NCBI RefSeq assembly: GCF_006345805.1 | Contig: NW_021832431.1 | Location: 1-33,268, forward strand | Direction: 5' to 3' | Length of the DNA stretch: 33,268 bases | Source: Octopus sinensis | Taxonomy: Eukaryota | In this document: positions 31,731-33,268 of the stretch, piece after piece | Position numbering within the stretch: the first letter of the stretch is position 1 | Layout: each line of letters begins with the position of its first letter | The notes under the pieces: generated by a model | Seen by the model: only the letters and a program-made list of their open reading frames with translations | Database searches by the model: none | What the model was told of the DNA's origin: nothing | Made by a program: the position numbers and the translations under genes

Positions 31731-33268
31731 TTCAGCAATCCTGATATGACTGATCTGGCTGTATCAGTGATGTTACTCCCCAATACACTTTATCGGACAT
31801 AACCTTTGGCGCTCCTGATGTCTTAGCAGCAATAAAGGAAATGAAGCATAATTCAGCAGTAGGTCCGATAGGTTCCCTGCTTGTGTCTTGAAGATGTGTC
31901 AAAACCAACTTGCACCCCCTCTAGCCAATCTGTGGCGGAACTCACTGGATGCTGGATATATACCAGAAGACCTTCTATCCAGTCTGTTGTCCCAGTTTTC
32001 AAAAAAGGAACAAATCGCTTGCCGTGAATTACCGTCCAATCTCACTCATCTCTCATATCATTAAGGTATTTGAGAGAGTGCTGAGATCGCGTATGACTCA
32101 CTTCCTTGAGAGTCATAATATGCTGAACTCCAACCAGCATGGATTCCGTAATGGGAGAGATTGACTGACGCAGCTACTGCATCATTTTGATGACATTTTG
32201 AGAGCCTTGGGAGAGTGTCATCTACCTTGATTTCAGCAAGGCCTTTGACAGGGTTGATCATAAGATCCTTCTGAGAAAGCTGTCCAATATTGGTGTCACT
32301 GGAAAGCTTGCTGCAGTGGATCAAGTGCTTCCTGTCTAACAGAACCCAACATGTTGTAGTCGAAGGAGTCAAATCCAGCCCAGCCAAAGTCAGCAGTGGT
32401 GTCCCACAAGGCACTGTGTTGGCCCACTTCTCTTCACATCTACATAAATGATATTACTGACACCATCAAACACAGTAACATCAGAACCTTCGCTGATGAT
32501 TCCAAGCTCAGAAGGTCATCATGGCGTGGATGACTGAATAAGCCTTCAGTCAGACCTACTGGCTGTTGTCCAATGGGCGGAAAAGAATAACATGTTGCTA
32601 AACGAAGACAAATTCGAACTGATCCACTTTGGAAGGGAGGACGCTCTGAAACTCCCATACTCTCTTCCTTCTGGAGAAATTCTCATGGCATCCAACAACA
32701 TCAGAGACTTGGGAGTAACAGTGGACAACAACATAAGCTGGGCTACACATATAAGCAGCAAAGTTGACATGGCCCGCAGAATATGTTCCTGGATTCTCAG
32801 AACCTTCCAGTCGAGAGATTCCCACACTATTATCCTTCTCTTCTCCACTTTTGCCCGACCCCACCTTGAATACTGCTGTCCACTGTGGTCTCCCTACACA
32901 AAACAAAATATTATGAGAATTGAAGCTCCCCAAAGGTCAATCACAAAAAAGATAGATGGCATGTCAGACCTTGACTACTGGGGTAGACTAGAGAAGCTGA
33001 AACTGTATTCACTCCAACGACGCCGTGAACGCTACATTATCTGTATGATGTGGAAAATATTCCATCAGCACTGTCCGAATGATGTTGGCATCACCTTCAA
33101 AATACATCCAAGTTTTGGACCACGTGCCATCCGTCCACAACAAAAGCACATAAAATCGTATCACATAACGACAATACGGCACAACTTTTTCACCTCAATT
33201 GGACCCGCTCTCTTCAACATTACACCAGGACACGTCAAAAAAAACTGACCACACAAAATTAAAGAAGT
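31731..33268 (+). mobile_element. CR1-group LINE RT remnant (third copy, more diverged family), running off the window
   Basis: NYRPISLISHIIKVFE, QHGFRNGR, DFSKAFDRVDH, SGVPQGTVL, FADDSK, IRDLGV, HLEYCCPLWSP, LYSLQRRRERY. 218 aa open segment at 32592-33248. Confidence 0.92.

Overview
A 33 kb stretch of a repeat-saturated animal genome, very likely an octopus or other cephalopod (inferred from the SINE types, the LINE mix and the long TA microsatellites). No intact host gene is evident; one weak candidate exon pair lies at about 2.0-2.5 kb on the minus strand. The window is almost entirely mobile-element derived. It holds a near full-length but decayed R4/Dong-like RLE LINE, three CR1-group RT remnants, RTE fragments, two mariner remnants, non-autonomous Helitrons, hAT and Tc2/pogo-like MITEs, tRNA-derived SINEs, a Gypsy-derived element (LTR, tRNA-Leu PBS, long degenerate ORF), a related solo LTR, and a 3.7-copy tandem array of a ~717 bp unit. 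The most striking signal, invisible in the ORF track, is a dense set of type I hammerhead ribozyme (HHR) motifs: six full or near-full, one variant and two partial, from about six Penelope-like element (PLE) families. Four of them sit in long inverted repeats that bracket open, RT-less GIY-YIG endonuclease ORFs (8946-10510 and 17463-18700). Most ORFs in the supplied track (YIYI, CVCV, HTHT types) are microsatellite artefacts. All folds and alignments were done by eye; no searches were run.
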